This document shows positions 10,467 through 19,291 of a stretch of DNA of 64,000 bases, piece by piece. Below the pieces are notes generated by a model. It did no database searches. It was given only the letters and a program-made list of their open reading frames with translations, and was not told the origin of the DNA. Source of the DNA: Chloroflexota bacterium (GTDB lineage: Bacteria; Chloroflexota; Limnocylindria; Limnocylindrales; CSP1-4); assembly GCA_003171255.1 (NCBI GenBank), contig PMYK01000029.1:11816-75815 (forward strand), given 5' to 3'. Position numbers and translations under genes: made by a program. Numbering within the stretch: the stretch's first letter is position 1; the number at the start of each line of letters is the position of its first letter.

Positions 10467-12047
10467 TCAGCTCACCGCCTCGTATCCGTACCGCCGCCCC
10501 GCCGGCGAGCGGTAGCGCGCAGCCTCGTCCAGGTGCGAGCAGTCGACCTTCTCGGCGCCCGCCAGATCCGCGATGGTTCGCGCCACTCGCAGCAGCCGCT
10601 CGATGCCGCGGGCGCTCCAGCCCTCGAGCTCCGCCAGCCTGACCGCGTGGCTCTGCTCGGCCGGGCCGAGCGCGCAGGCGGCCCGAAGGGAGCGGCCCGT
10701 CAGACGCGAGTTCGGGCGGCCTCTCAGGCCCATCTGGCGGGCCCGAGCTTCGGCGATGCGCGCCGCCACCTGGGCCGACCCTTCCGGCGCAGCCGACCGA
10801 ACGTATTCGTCTGGGTCCACCCTGGGCATGTGGACCCAGATGTCGATGCGGTCCCGCAACGGTCCGGATATCCGGGCGGCGTACCGCTCGACTATGCTGG
10901 GCTGGCAACGGCACCGCCCATCCTCCTCGCCGGCATGGCCGCACGGGCACGGGTTCATCGCCGCGATCAACTGGAAACGAGACGGGAACACGGCGGCCCG
11001 GCCGACCCTGGAGATGGCGACCTGGCCGTCCTCCAGAGGCTGGCGCAGCGCCTCCAACGTAGAGCGGTCGAATTCGGGCAGTTCGTCGAGGAACAGCACG
11101 CCGTTGTGGGCGAAGGTCACCTCGCCGGGGGACATGTGTGGTCCGCCGCCGACCATCGCCGCATACGATACGGTGTGATGGGGCGAACGGAACGGTCGGT
11201 CCCTGACTAGGTCCGCCAGCGGACCGGACCCGGAGACGGACGCGATCACCGTCGCGACGCGCGCTTCGTCGTCGTCCAGCGGTGGAAGCATCCCGGGCAC
11301 CGTCCTGGCCAGCAGCGTCTTGCCCGAGCCCGGCGGGCCGATCATGACGATGCAGTGCCCCCCTGCGAGGGCCAGCTCCATGGCTCGCCGGGCCTCCATC
11401 TGCCCTCGAACCTCGGCCAGGTCCGGGCCGGGTTCCGGGGCAGCACCGGCGATCCGCTCACGGCCGGCGGCATGCGCTCCCTCGCTCGGGGGATCGGCGG
11501 CCAGCTCCACTCGGGCCGGGCGGCTGCGGGCCCTGCCGCGACGGTTCTCACGGAGAAGCCCGGCCGCCTCGGAGAGAGTGGCTGCGCCCGCGACGTCGAT
11601 GCCGCCGGCCAGTCCGGCTTCCGTCAGACCATCCGATGGCACCACGACGCGGCCCACCCGCCGCCGCGCCAGGGCGGCTACCATCGGCAGCAGGCCTGGC
11701 ACGGCGCGGAGCTCGCCGCCGAGTGAAAGCTCGCCGAGGACCGCCCATCGGCCGTTGGCGACGACCTGCTCCGATCCGACGAGAATTCCCAGCGCGATCG
11801 CCAGGTCCAGGGAGGCTCCGCTCTTGCGCAGCTCGGCCGGGGCGAGGTTGACGGTTATCCGCCGCGGCGGGTATTCGTAGCCGCTGTTTCTGATGGCGCC
11901 CCGGACCCGCTCGCGCGCCTCCTGCAGGGCCGTGTCCGCCAGTCCGACGATCGTGAAGCCGGGCAGGCCGGGGGCCACGTCCACCTCGACCCGGATGGGC
12001 CAGCCATCGAGGCCGTGGAGCGTGGCCGATAGCAGCGATGCAAGCAC
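10467..12047 (-). CDS. comM: YifB/ComM-family Mg-chelatase-like AAA+ ATPase
   Basis: 526 aa starting at GTG. The N-terminus is Lon-like (LHGLDGWPIRVEVDV...ALQEARERVRGAIRNSG). The AAA+ core reads MIGPPGSGKTLLAR, followed by GVLFLDELPEF. Confidence 0.9.
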   Translation of the reverse strand: MLASLLSATLHGLDGWPIRVEVDVAPGLPGFTIVGLADTALQEARERVRGAIRNSGYEYPPRRITVNLAPAELRKSGASLDLAIALGILVGSEQVVANGRWAVLGELSLGGELRAVPGLLPMVAALARRRVGRVVVPSDGLTEAGLAGGIDVAGAATLSEAAGLLRENRRGRARSRPARVELAADPPSEGAHAAGRERIAGAAPEPGPDLAEVRGQMEARRAMELALAGGHCIVMIGPPGSGKTLLARTVPGMLPPLDDDEARVATVIASVSGSGPLADLVRDRPFRSPHHTVSYAAMVGGGPHMSPGEVTFAHNGVLFLDELPEFDRSTLEALRQPLEDGQVAISRVGRAAVFPSRFQLIAAMNPCPCGHAGEEDGRCRCQPSIVERYAARISGPLRDRIDIWVHMPRVDPDEYVRSAAPEGSAQVAARIAEARARQMGLRGRPNSRLTGRSLRAACALGPAEQSHAVRLAELEGWSARGIERLLRVARTIADLAGAEKVDCSHLDEAARYRSPAGRRYGYEAVS

Positions 12048-12130
12048 GAGCCGACGCTACGCGCCCCGGCTCATCTCCCGCTTATCGCAGGACCGGCGCA
12101 TGGGGCGACCGTGTGAGTTTGTGTGATCGG

Positions 12131-13336
12131 CTACCGCCGGGGAGCCTCTTCGCTCTCCTTGTCCACGGATCTCACGAAGTCCATGACACTCTTGCCCAGG
12201 ACCGAGTCGGACTTCGAAAACATGAACGGAGAACCGCTGTTGAGAGCGCCGATCGCCGATCGATACTCGTTCAGGATCTGGTAGTCGATGCGGCGCTTGA
12301 GGGCGGTCTCGGCGTTCTTGACGTTGAGGCCGGTGAACGCATTCGACCGATTCAGGATGAGCTTCACCTTCTCTTCGGCGTACCCGAGGTGGCCGATCGT
12401 CTCGAGCACAAGGCGCACGTTCTTCAGGCACGGCAGATCGGCCGTCATCACGACGAAGATCGTGTCGGCCACATCCATGATTCGAAGGTTCACTTCGTCG
12501 AGACGTTTGTCTATGTCAACGACGATGTAGTCGAACTCGTTGGCCATCTGGTGGATGATGTCGGGCAGGTGGTCGTGCGTGACGAGTTCGGCCTGTTCGG
12601 GCGAGGGCGGCGCCAGCAGCAGGTCCACCCCCGACTCGTGCCGGACGAGGATCTGCTTGATCAGGTCGATGTCGATCGAAGGATTCGACGCGAGATCTAC
12701 TACGCCCAGCCGGTCCACGCCCAGGTCGAGGAATACGCGGTGGTCACCGAACTGCAGGTTCGCGTCCACCAAGCAGACTCGCCGGCCCAACTCCTTGTGG
12801 AGCGCGATCGCGGTATTGATTGCGAGCGTCGTCGTGCCTACGCCACCCTTCGCACCGTAGAAGAGCAGGACCCTGGCGGGCTCGCGCTTCTTCGGCGCGG
12901 CCGGTGCAGCCGGGATCACGGTGTTGGACCGCGCGGTCGGCGGGTTGAATTGCTCGTCGGGCTTGTAGCGCGCCAGCAGGCTGCGCATTCGGGCCATGAG
13001 TTCGGCCGGGTGGAACGGCTTGATCAGGTAGTCGTCCGCTCCAGATCGAAGCGCCTTACCGCGGGCGGCCGCTTCGTTCTCGGCCAGCAGGACGATCACG
13101 GGCGTGTGAGTGGACGGGCCGTCGTCGATTCGCAGCCTGGACACGACGCTAAAGCCATCGATACCGGGCAGGTTCGCGGCGACGAGCAGCAGGGAGGGCT
13201 TGCCCGACCGGGCGATCTTCAGCGCCTCCTGGCCGTCACCGGATGACAGCACCTCATAGCCGCCCTGCGACAGAGCGTGGCCCAACGCACGCTGAACTGT
13301 CGGGTCGGCGTCGACAATGAGAATCCTGACGGCCAT
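12131..13336 (-). CDS. TadZ/CpaE-like protein: an atypical receiver domain fused to a ParA/MinD-superfamily ATPase
   Basis: Starts at ATG 13336 with a GGTGGAG RBS. The receiver-like N-terminus is MAVRILIVDADP...SLLLVAANLPGIDG...DDYLIKPF. The CpaE-type deviant P-loop is FYGAKGGVGTTTLA. No pilus genes lie nearby. Confidence 0.8.
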   Translation of the reverse strand: MAVRILIVDADPTVQRALGHALSQGGYEVLSSGDGQEALKIARSGKPSLLLVAANLPGIDGFSVVSRLRIDDGPSTHTPVIVLLAENEAAARGKALRSGADDYLIKPFHPAELMARMRSLLARYKPDEQFNPPTARSNTVIPAAPAAPKKREPARVLLFYGAKGGVGTTTLAINTAIALHKELGRRVCLVDANLQFGDHRVFLDLGVDRLGVVDLASNPSIDIDLIKQILVRHESGVDLLLAPPSPEQAELVTHDHLPDIIHQMANEFDYIVVDIDKRLDEVNLRIMDVADTIFVVMTADLPCLKNVRLVLETIGHLGYAEEKVKLILNRSNAFTGLNVKNAETALKRRIDYQILNEYRSAIGALNSGSPFMFSKSDSVLGKSVMDFVRSVDKESEEAPRR

Positions 13337-13496
13337 CGCTCCACCCTGGTCCTGTGGATCCCACCGCTCACGAGATGTGGGCGGCGCGCAAACACCCCGC
13401 CTGCGGACGCACTCGGGACTGACTGCCGCGATTATAGGCAGCCGGCCCGCATGAGGGATCGACGACCCCGAACCCAACCTCCAGAGTTGGGACTCA

Positions 13497-13536
13497 TCTG
13501 CGGCGCCCCGGCGAGACTACGCCGGGGCGCCGCAGA
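13497..13536 (-). terminator. Perfect 17-bp stem with a 6-nt loop, downstream of the SPFH gene
   Basis: tctgcggcgccccggcg-agacta-cgccggggcgccgcaga, 20 nt beyond the stop at 13557. No U-tract follows, which is usual for GC-rich genomes. Confidence 0.6.
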
Positions 13537-13556
13537 TGAACGTCGCCCTTCAGAAG

Positions 13557-14453
13557 CTACGAATTGCCGTCGGGACCCTTCATGCCACTCTTGACCATCG
13601 CGCTGATGGGGCCGATGAGCTGGGTGAACTCCAGCGGGATGACGAACTTGGTGGCCGGCCCGGCACCCAACGCCTTCAGCGCGTCGAGGTATTGGAGGGC
13701 CATCGTCTTCTGATCGATCCCCTGGGCGGCTTCGAAGATCGTCTTGAGCGCGTTGCTAAAACCCTGGGCCCGCAGGATGGCGGCCTGTCGATCGCCCTCG
13801 GCACGGAGGATCGCCGACTGCTTGTCGCCTTCCGCGACGTTGATCGTCGCCTGGCGCGTGCCTTCCGACTCGGTGATGACCGCGCGCCGCGTCCGCTCGG
13901 CGGAGAGCTGACGGTTCATCGCCTCCTGGACCGCCGGCGGCGGCAGGATCTCGCGGATCTCGACGGTCATGACCTTGCCGCCCCACCGCTCCGTGACCTC
14001 GTCGAGCTTGATCCGAAGCGCCTCGTTGATCCGTTCGCGCTGTGAAAGGACGTCGTCGAGCGGAATATCGCCGATGACGGAGCGCAACGACGTCGCAGCC
14101 ACGCCCTGGAGGGCGCCCGCGAAATTGGCCACGTTCACGATGCTCATGAGTGGATCGGCGATCTTCCAATAGATAAGGAAGTCCACGCTGAGAGGCGCAT
14201 TGTCCTTGGTGATCGCGGTCTGGCGTGGAACCTCGATGAACTGCTCGCGCAGATCTACCTTGATGCCCTCATCAACGATCGGGATCAGGAATCGGAGGCC
14301 CGGGTTTCGCACGAGTCCCGGATTCGTCTGGCCGAAGCGCTTGACGACCATGCGCTCCCATTGGGCCACGATCCGCACCGACGTGGCGGCAAAGAACAAC
14401 AAGAGCACCGCCAGCACGATGACGACGATCAAGGCAACCGTCCCTGTTTCCAT
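13557..14453 (-). CDS. SPFH/Band-7 (stomatin/prohibitin-like) membrane protein
   Basis: 298 aa with an N-terminal transmembrane segment (ALIVVIVLAVLLLFF) followed by VRIVAQWERMVVKRFGQ...LREQFIEVPRQTAITKDNAPLSVD. The RBS is GGAGGAAG. The gene directly follows nfeD. Confidence 0.9.
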   Translation of the reverse strand: METGTVALIVVIVLAVLLLFFAATSVRIVAQWERMVVKRFGQTNPGLVRNPGLRFLIPIVDEGIKVDLREQFIEVPRQTAITKDNAPLSVDFLIYWKIADPLMSIVNVANFAGALQGVAATSLRSVIGDIPLDDVLSQRERINEALRIKLDEVTERWGGKVMTVEIREILPPPAVQEAMNRQLSAERTRRAVITESEGTRQATINVAEGDKQSAILRAEGDRQAAILRAQGFSNALKTIFEAAQGIDQKTMALQYLDALKALGAGPATKFVIPLEFTQLIGPISAMVKSGMKGPDGNS

Positions 14454-14477
14454 CGCTCTTCCTCCAACTCTGCAGAG

Positions 14478-16085
14478 CTAGTCGATTCTCTCGACGATGA
14501 GCGTCAGGCCTTCCTGACCGACCACGCGAACCCTCGCGTCGCGCGAAACCGAGCTGCCGTCTTTCGTCCTCGCCGACCACGCTTCCCGGCCGACGAAGAC
14601 CGTCCCCAACGGCGAGAGATCCGCCTGCACCAGCGCCACCTTCCCGACGACACCATCGATGCCGACAAGTCCGGCACCCACCGGCACGGGCTGCCTTCTC
14701 AGGCGCAGCAGCGCGCCGACGACCAGCAGGCCGTACGCCGCCCCTGCCGCCGCGCAGATCACGATGATCGGCGGGGCCACCGCGGAGGCGGGCAGATATG
14801 GGCCGGGCGAACCGTAGAAAGCGACGGCCCCGACGATGAAGACCGCAAGGCCACCGACAGTGAGCAGGCCGTGGCTCGGTACGTTCGGCTCCAGGATCAG
14901 CATTCCCAGGCCCAGGATGACCAGAACGACCCCCAGCACGTTCAGCGGCAGGCTACCGGATCCGTAGAAGGAGAGAGCCAGGCAGAGCGCACCCAGCAGG
15001 CCCACCAGGAGCGTTGGGTGGAAGAACTCGACGGCGATGCACAGCACGCCGAGCACGAGAAGGATGAAGGCGATGTTCGGGTCGTCCAGGGTGTGCAGGA
15101 ACGACTGGATCAGGTCTTCATTGACGGTGACGAGAGATGCGCCCTTCGTGTGGACGACGACCGGGCCCGCCGAGGTAACAACGGTCTGGCCGTCGGCCTG
15201 GCTCAAGACGTCGTCGATGCTGGTGGCGATGCCGTTGATCCCGTGGGCGGCCAGCGCCTCCTCGGCCGAATAGGACTGGGCGGACTGGACCGTTGCCACC
15301 GCCCACGCCACGGCATCCGGATGGCGCTCCTGGGCGATGCCCCGCATCGTCGCGATGGCATCGTTCATGACCTTGTCCGCCTCGGTCTGACCGTACGTCG
15401 CGGCGATGTCGCCCCCGCCGGCGGCAACCGGCGAGGCAGCCCCGATGTTGGTGCTCGGCGCCATGTACGCCAGATTGGCCGAGAGGGTGATGAAGGTGCC
15501 CGCGCTCGCGGCCTTGGCGCCGGGCGGCCCGACCCAGACGATCGTGGGGATCTTCGAGTGCAGCGACGCGTCGATACGCAGCATGGCGTCCTCGGCCCCG
15601 CCGAAGGTGTCCAGCTGGATGATCACAGCCGCGGCCCCGTCCGACTCGGCGCGGCGAACGGCGCCGGCCACGTAGTCGGCCATGACGTCGTCGACCACGC
15701 CGCTCGTACTCACCACCACGACTTCGGGGCCGGCCGGCGCGGCGATACCCGCCGATGGGAGTGGCGTGGTCACCGGCCGGATCAGGTCGGCGCCGGCGGC
15801 CTCGCCGGGTCGGACGTGGCCGACCAGAAGCAGGAACGAGCCTGCCACGGCAAGAGTGGCCGCGAGCCGGGCGAAGGCCATTCCGGTACGGCGTATGCCG
15901 GCAAAGTTCCCGCCGAGCCCTCGGAGGAAATCGGGCGGGCGCGTCCGGGGCGCATCGAGCTGAACGGTCCACGGCAGTTCCGAAACCGCGTCCGGCAACG
16001 CCGGCTCGCGGGCGCTCCGGGCCAGCGCGGTCAACCGCCGATCCATCTCGAGGTCCATCTCCGAATCGAGATCGAAGTCCTTCAT
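14478..16085 (-). CDS. NfeD-family membrane-bound ClpP-class serine protease (long form), with an unusual cytoplasmic N-terminal extension of about 65 aa
   Basis: 535 aa. The ClpP-like domain reads IIQLDTFGGAEDAM...GAKAASAGTFITLSANLAYMAPSTNIGAASPV. A multi-transmembrane block follows, then a C-terminal NfeD OB-fold (VGKVALVQADLSPLGTVFVGREAWSAR). The ATG overlaps the sigma-factor stop (ATGA at 16082-16085). Confidence 0.85.
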   Translation of the reverse strand: MKDFDLDSEMDLEMDRRLTALARSAREPALPDAVSELPWTVQLDAPRTRPPDFLRGLGGNFAGIRRTGMAFARLAATLAVAGSFLLLVGHVRPGEAAGADLIRPVTTPLPSAGIAAPAGPEVVVVSTSGVVDDVMADYVAGAVRRAESDGAAAVIIQLDTFGGAEDAMLRIDASLHSKIPTIVWVGPPGAKAASAGTFITLSANLAYMAPSTNIGAASPVAAGGGDIAATYGQTEADKVMNDAIATMRGIAQERHPDAVAWAVATVQSAQSYSAEEALAAHGINGIATSIDDVLSQADGQTVVTSAGPVVVHTKGASLVTVNEDLIQSFLHTLDDPNIAFILLVLGVLCIAVEFFHPTLLVGLLGALCLALSFYGSGSLPLNVLGVVLVILGLGMLILEPNVPSHGLLTVGGLAVFIVGAVAFYGSPGPYLPASAVAPPIIVICAAAGAAYGLLVVGALLRLRRQPVPVGAGLVGIDGVVGKVALVQADLSPLGTVFVGREAWSARTKDGSSVSRDARVRVVGQEGLTLIVERID

Positions 16086-16720
16086 AGCGTGCCCCCTTCC
16101 ACCGGCTGGATCCGGCGGCGTAGCACCTGCAAGGCGGCGTGATGCCTGGATTTGACGGTGCCGATCGGGATACGAAGGCGGTCGGCAATCTCGGCCAGCG
16201 ACAACTCCCCCCAGTAGCGAAGCACGACGACCATGCGCAGCTCCCGGCTGAGCGAGGAGAGCGCACGGCCCACGGCATCGCGAGCCAGGGCGGAACGGAA
16301 GGGGTCGGCGCTCTCGAGATCGACCTCGTCCACGTCGAGCGTCCGCCGCTTGCTGCGCTGCCTAAGCCGCGTACGACAGACGTTGACGAGGATCTGGCTG
16401 AACCAGGCGTGGAAACGGTCGCGCTCGCGGAGATTCTTCCAACCGCGCCAGGCTCGAACCGAAGCCTCCTGCACGGCATCCTGGGCCTCGGCCGAGTCGG
16501 CCAGCAGGTAACCGGACAGGCGGTAGGCCATCGGAAGCTCGCCTTCGAGCGCCGACACGAAAGCCGTGTCGAACGTGTGATCTCGAACGACAGCGGGCTG
16601 GGCGGCCGCCCGGGCCGATTCGGCGCTCAGATAGGCTTCTTTCGCGAACATGCCACGCTCTGTGGACGGCCCGAGTGGGTCGCTCATGCGTGTGACTCGG
16701 GACTCGGCCGATCGGTTCAT
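16082..16720 (-). CDS. ECF-type RNA polymerase sigma-70 family factor
   Basis: Region 2 reads DAVQEASVRAWRGWKNLRERDRFHAWFSQILVNVCR. Region 4 reads LSLAEIADRLRIPIGTVKSRHHAALQVLRR. I took the ATG at 16720, which overlaps the Nudix stop (ATGA at 16717-16720). The upstream part of the track ORF overlaps the Nudix gene. Confidence 0.85.
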   Translation of the reverse strand: MNRSAESRVTRMSDPLGPSTERGMFAKEAYLSAESARAAAQPAVVRDHTFDTAFVSALEGELPMAYRLSGYLLADSAEAQDAVQEASVRAWRGWKNLRERDRFHAWFSQILVNVCRTRLRQRSKRRTLDVDEVDLESADPFRSALARDAVGRALSSLSRELRMVVVLRYWGELSLAEIADRLRIPIGTVKSRHHAALQVLRRRIQPVEGGTL

Positions 16721-17352
16721 CCGAAATCGTCGCGTTCCGGGGATCGCATCTGCTGCCCGAACGGCGGATCGTCCAGGATGGCATCGACGACCAGCTGGCT
16801 CCACGTCTCCATTCGGTCGTAGACGGCGCGAACGGCCTCGATTTCCTCGAACGAGCCGCTCAGCTTGTCGGTCTCGCGAACCTCGACCGGCCGGCCGGCG
16901 GCCTCTGCCAGATACACGATCCCGAGGTGATGACGCCCGACGTCGACGGTATCGTCGTTGAGCAGCCCGGCGTACTCGAACTCGGGCATGAAGTCGGCAT
17001 CCAGCTCCTCTCGCCACTCTCGGGCCAGGCCACCGATGATCCCGCCGTCGCCAGGGTTGAGATGCCCGCCGACGCCGATCGTGTATCGGTCGTGGAGCCG
17101 CGCGTCGCCGCCGGCCCGGGTCCGCTTCATCAGGAAGACGCGACCGCGGTCCCGCAGGACGAGGTACGGGATGATCTGCTTCAGGGAGCGGTCGATCTCG
17201 GCCGCCGGTCTTGGCACGTAACTGCCGTCTCTGCCGGCCCTCTCGAGAACGCCGTCAAGACCGTCGCGTTTCACCCCGAGCCACGGAGCGACCCCGGCGA
17301 ACAGCACTTCGCGTGGCACCGCCCAGACAAGCTCCCCGCCCCCGTCGCTCAT
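16717..17352 (-). CDS. NUDIX-family hydrolase
   Basis: 211 aa with a Nudix-box-like segment, GVGGHLNPGDGGIIGGLAREWREELD. The ATG overlaps the tyrA stop (ATGA at 17349-17352). Confidence 0.75.
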   Translation of the reverse strand: MSDGGGELVWAVPREVLFAGVAPWLGVKRDGLDGVLERAGRDGSYVPRPAAEIDRSLKQIIPYLVLRDRGRVFLMKRTRAGGDARLHDRYTIGVGGHLNPGDGGIIGGLAREWREELDADFMPEFEYAGLLNDDTVDVGRHHLGIVYLAEAAGRPVEVRETDKLSGSFEEIEAVRAVYDRMETWSQLVVDAILDDPPFGQQMRSPERDDFG

Positions 17353-18236
17353 TTCCCGTCGGGCTCCACGAGGCGCTCGCGGGCGGAGGTGAAGCGGGTC
17401 AGGAGCGCATCAGCATCGGGGCCACCGTCGCGCTCGAGCTCCGACAGCCACGCGTCGATGACCGCCCGCACGTCGCGCAGCCGGCTCGCGATGGCGGCCG
17501 AATTCGTGGCTGCAATTCCGGCGCCCATGCCGGGCTCGCCCCTGGCGAGGCGGGTCATGCCCGCCCAGCCCGTCGCGGCAAGCGACCCGGCGGCCTGCCA
17601 ATCCGCGTGCTCCGGCTCTCCGGGCCCGCCGGCGACGGCCTCGACCAGCGCGGCCGAGATAACGAGCGGCATGTGGCTTATGGCAGCGACGGCACTGTCG
17701 TGGGCGGCCGCTCGCATCGGTATCTGGAGCGCACCGCAGGTATCGATCAGCTCGCCGACGCGCTCGCCGTCGCACAGCCTGGCGTACTGGCCCAGCACGG
17801 TCACCCACGGCCGGCCGACGAAGAGGTCGGGCAGCGCGGCGCCGTATCCGCTCAACTCGCGGCCGGCCATCGGATGTCCCCCGATGAAGGGCAGCTCGAC
17901 GGCATCCGCTCGGGCGACGACCCGCGCCTTTGCGCTGACCACGTCCGTAATCGTGCAATCTTCGGAAACGGCGCCGCGAAGAGGTCCCCCGAGCTCGTCG
18001 ATGAGTTCCAGGCAGGTGAGCGGCGGGGCTGCGAGGATGATCAAGTCCGCGCCGCGAACGGCTTCTTCGAGCGTGGCCGCGGCCACGTCCACGACGCCAT
18101 CCGCGAGGGCCGTCTGGACCGGGGCCGGATTGCGGCTCCAGGCCGTCACGTGCCATTGCCCGGCCGCGCCCCTCTCGTGCAGAGCACGGGCGATGGAACC
18201 GCCGATCAGGCCGAAACCGGCAATGGAGACACGCAC
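17349..18236 (-). CDS. tyrA: Prephenate/arogenate dehydrogenase
   Basis: 295 aa starting at GTG. The N-terminal Rossmann motif is RVSIAGFGLIGGSIARAL, followed by GGHPMAGRELSG, which is typical of the TyrA family. Confidence 0.85.
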   Translation of the reverse strand: MRVSIAGFGLIGGSIARALHERGAAGQWHVTAWSRNPAPVQTALADGVVDVAAATLEEAVRGADLIILAAPPLTCLELIDELGGPLRGAVSEDCTITDVVSAKARVVARADAVELPFIGGHPMAGRELSGYGAALPDLFVGRPWVTVLGQYARLCDGERVGELIDTCGALQIPMRAAAHDSAVAAISHMPLVISAALVEAVAGGPGEPEHADWQAAGSLAATGWAGMTRLARGEPGMGAGIAATNSAAIASRLRDVRAVIDAWLSELERDGGPDADALLTRFTSARERLVEPDGK

Positions 18237-18527
18237 GACGCCATTATGGGCGCGCCCAACCCCGGCGGTTGCGACCGTCTCCGCAGCCGGCCCCCCCGGC
18301 TTTCGTCCTGCTTCGATCAGTACGGGCCACGCCCGGCCACACCCAAGGTCCCACCCTGACGCCGCCGGAAGGGCCGCCCCACTCGGGGGCCACGATGATG
18401 GACCGCCTCATACCCGAACGGATTGGTGCGCGCTAGCCGAAAGTCTGGCTAGAATGCGTTGCGGATGGTGGCCGAGGGTCTCTGCCGAAGCGCCCGACGT
18501 TGCTGCCTTAAGGGGGCGACAAAGAAG

Positions 18528-19223
18528 ATGACCGAATCGTACGGTGAGACCCGGCCCATCCGAGTCCTGCTCGTCGACGACCATCAGCTCCTCACGGGAG
18601 CCCTGTCGCAGATGCTCAGCCGCGAGTCCGACATCGTCGTCGCCGGAGTGGCGGGCAGCGTCGCCGAGGCGAAGGCCATGGCCCGGGAGCGTCTCGACGT
18701 CGTCCTGATGGACTACCGGCTGCCGGACGGCACCGGCGCCGAGGCCACTCGCGCGATAAAGGCACGCTGGCCGGCGGCTCGCGTCGTAATGCTCACCGCC
18801 CTGACGGACGACGAGACCGTGCTGGAATCGATCCAGGCGGGCGCCGACGGCTATCTCACCAAGGATCGGGCTGTCGACGAAGTCGTCAACGCCGTTCGGG
18901 CTGCCTACGCCGGCGAGACCCTGCTGCCGCGCTCCGTCATCGTGGGCATTGCCCAGCGTGTTGCCGCGGCGCGAGAGCGAGGGACGGAACGCCGCCAGAT
19001 CGAGCCGCTGACTTCCCGCGAACTGGAAGTGCTGAAGGCCCTGACCGAAGGTCTGGCCACGCCCGAGATCTGCGAGCGGCTCTACATCGCCCCGAACACG
19101 CTGCGGACGCACGTCCAGAACATCATGGGCAAGCTCCGAGTCCACTCGAAGCTCGAGGCCGTGGCCTTCGCGCTGCGACACCGACTCGTCGAACCGCCCA
19201 AGTCGGACGACAGCCTGTTCTGA
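18528..19223 (+). CDS. NarL/FixJ (LuxR-type) two-component response regulator
   Basis: Internal ATG at 18528 with an AAGGGGG RBS about 12 nt upstream. The receiver reads IRVLLVDDHQLL...VVLMDYRLPDGTG...YLTKD. The LuxR helix-turn-helix reads LTSRELEVLKALTEGLATPEICERLYIAPNTLRTHVQNIMGKL. No kinase gene is adjacent. Confidence 0.9.
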   Translation: MTESYGETRPIRVLLVDDHQLLTGALSQMLSRESDIVVAGVAGSVAEAKAMARERLDVVLMDYRLPDGTGAEATRAIKARWPAARVVMLTALTDDETVLESIQAGADGYLTKDRAVDEVVNAVRAAYAGETLLPRSVIVGIAQRVAAARERGTERRQIEPLTSRELEVLKALTEGLATPEICERLYIAPNTLRTHVQNIMGKLRVHSKLEAVAFALRHRLVEPPKSDDSLF

Positions 19224-19291
19224 GCCCGGCTGCCCTCTTGCGTCCCCTGGCGCTGCCCTAGCGCTCGCGGGCCTGGCGACTCTGCGCCCGC

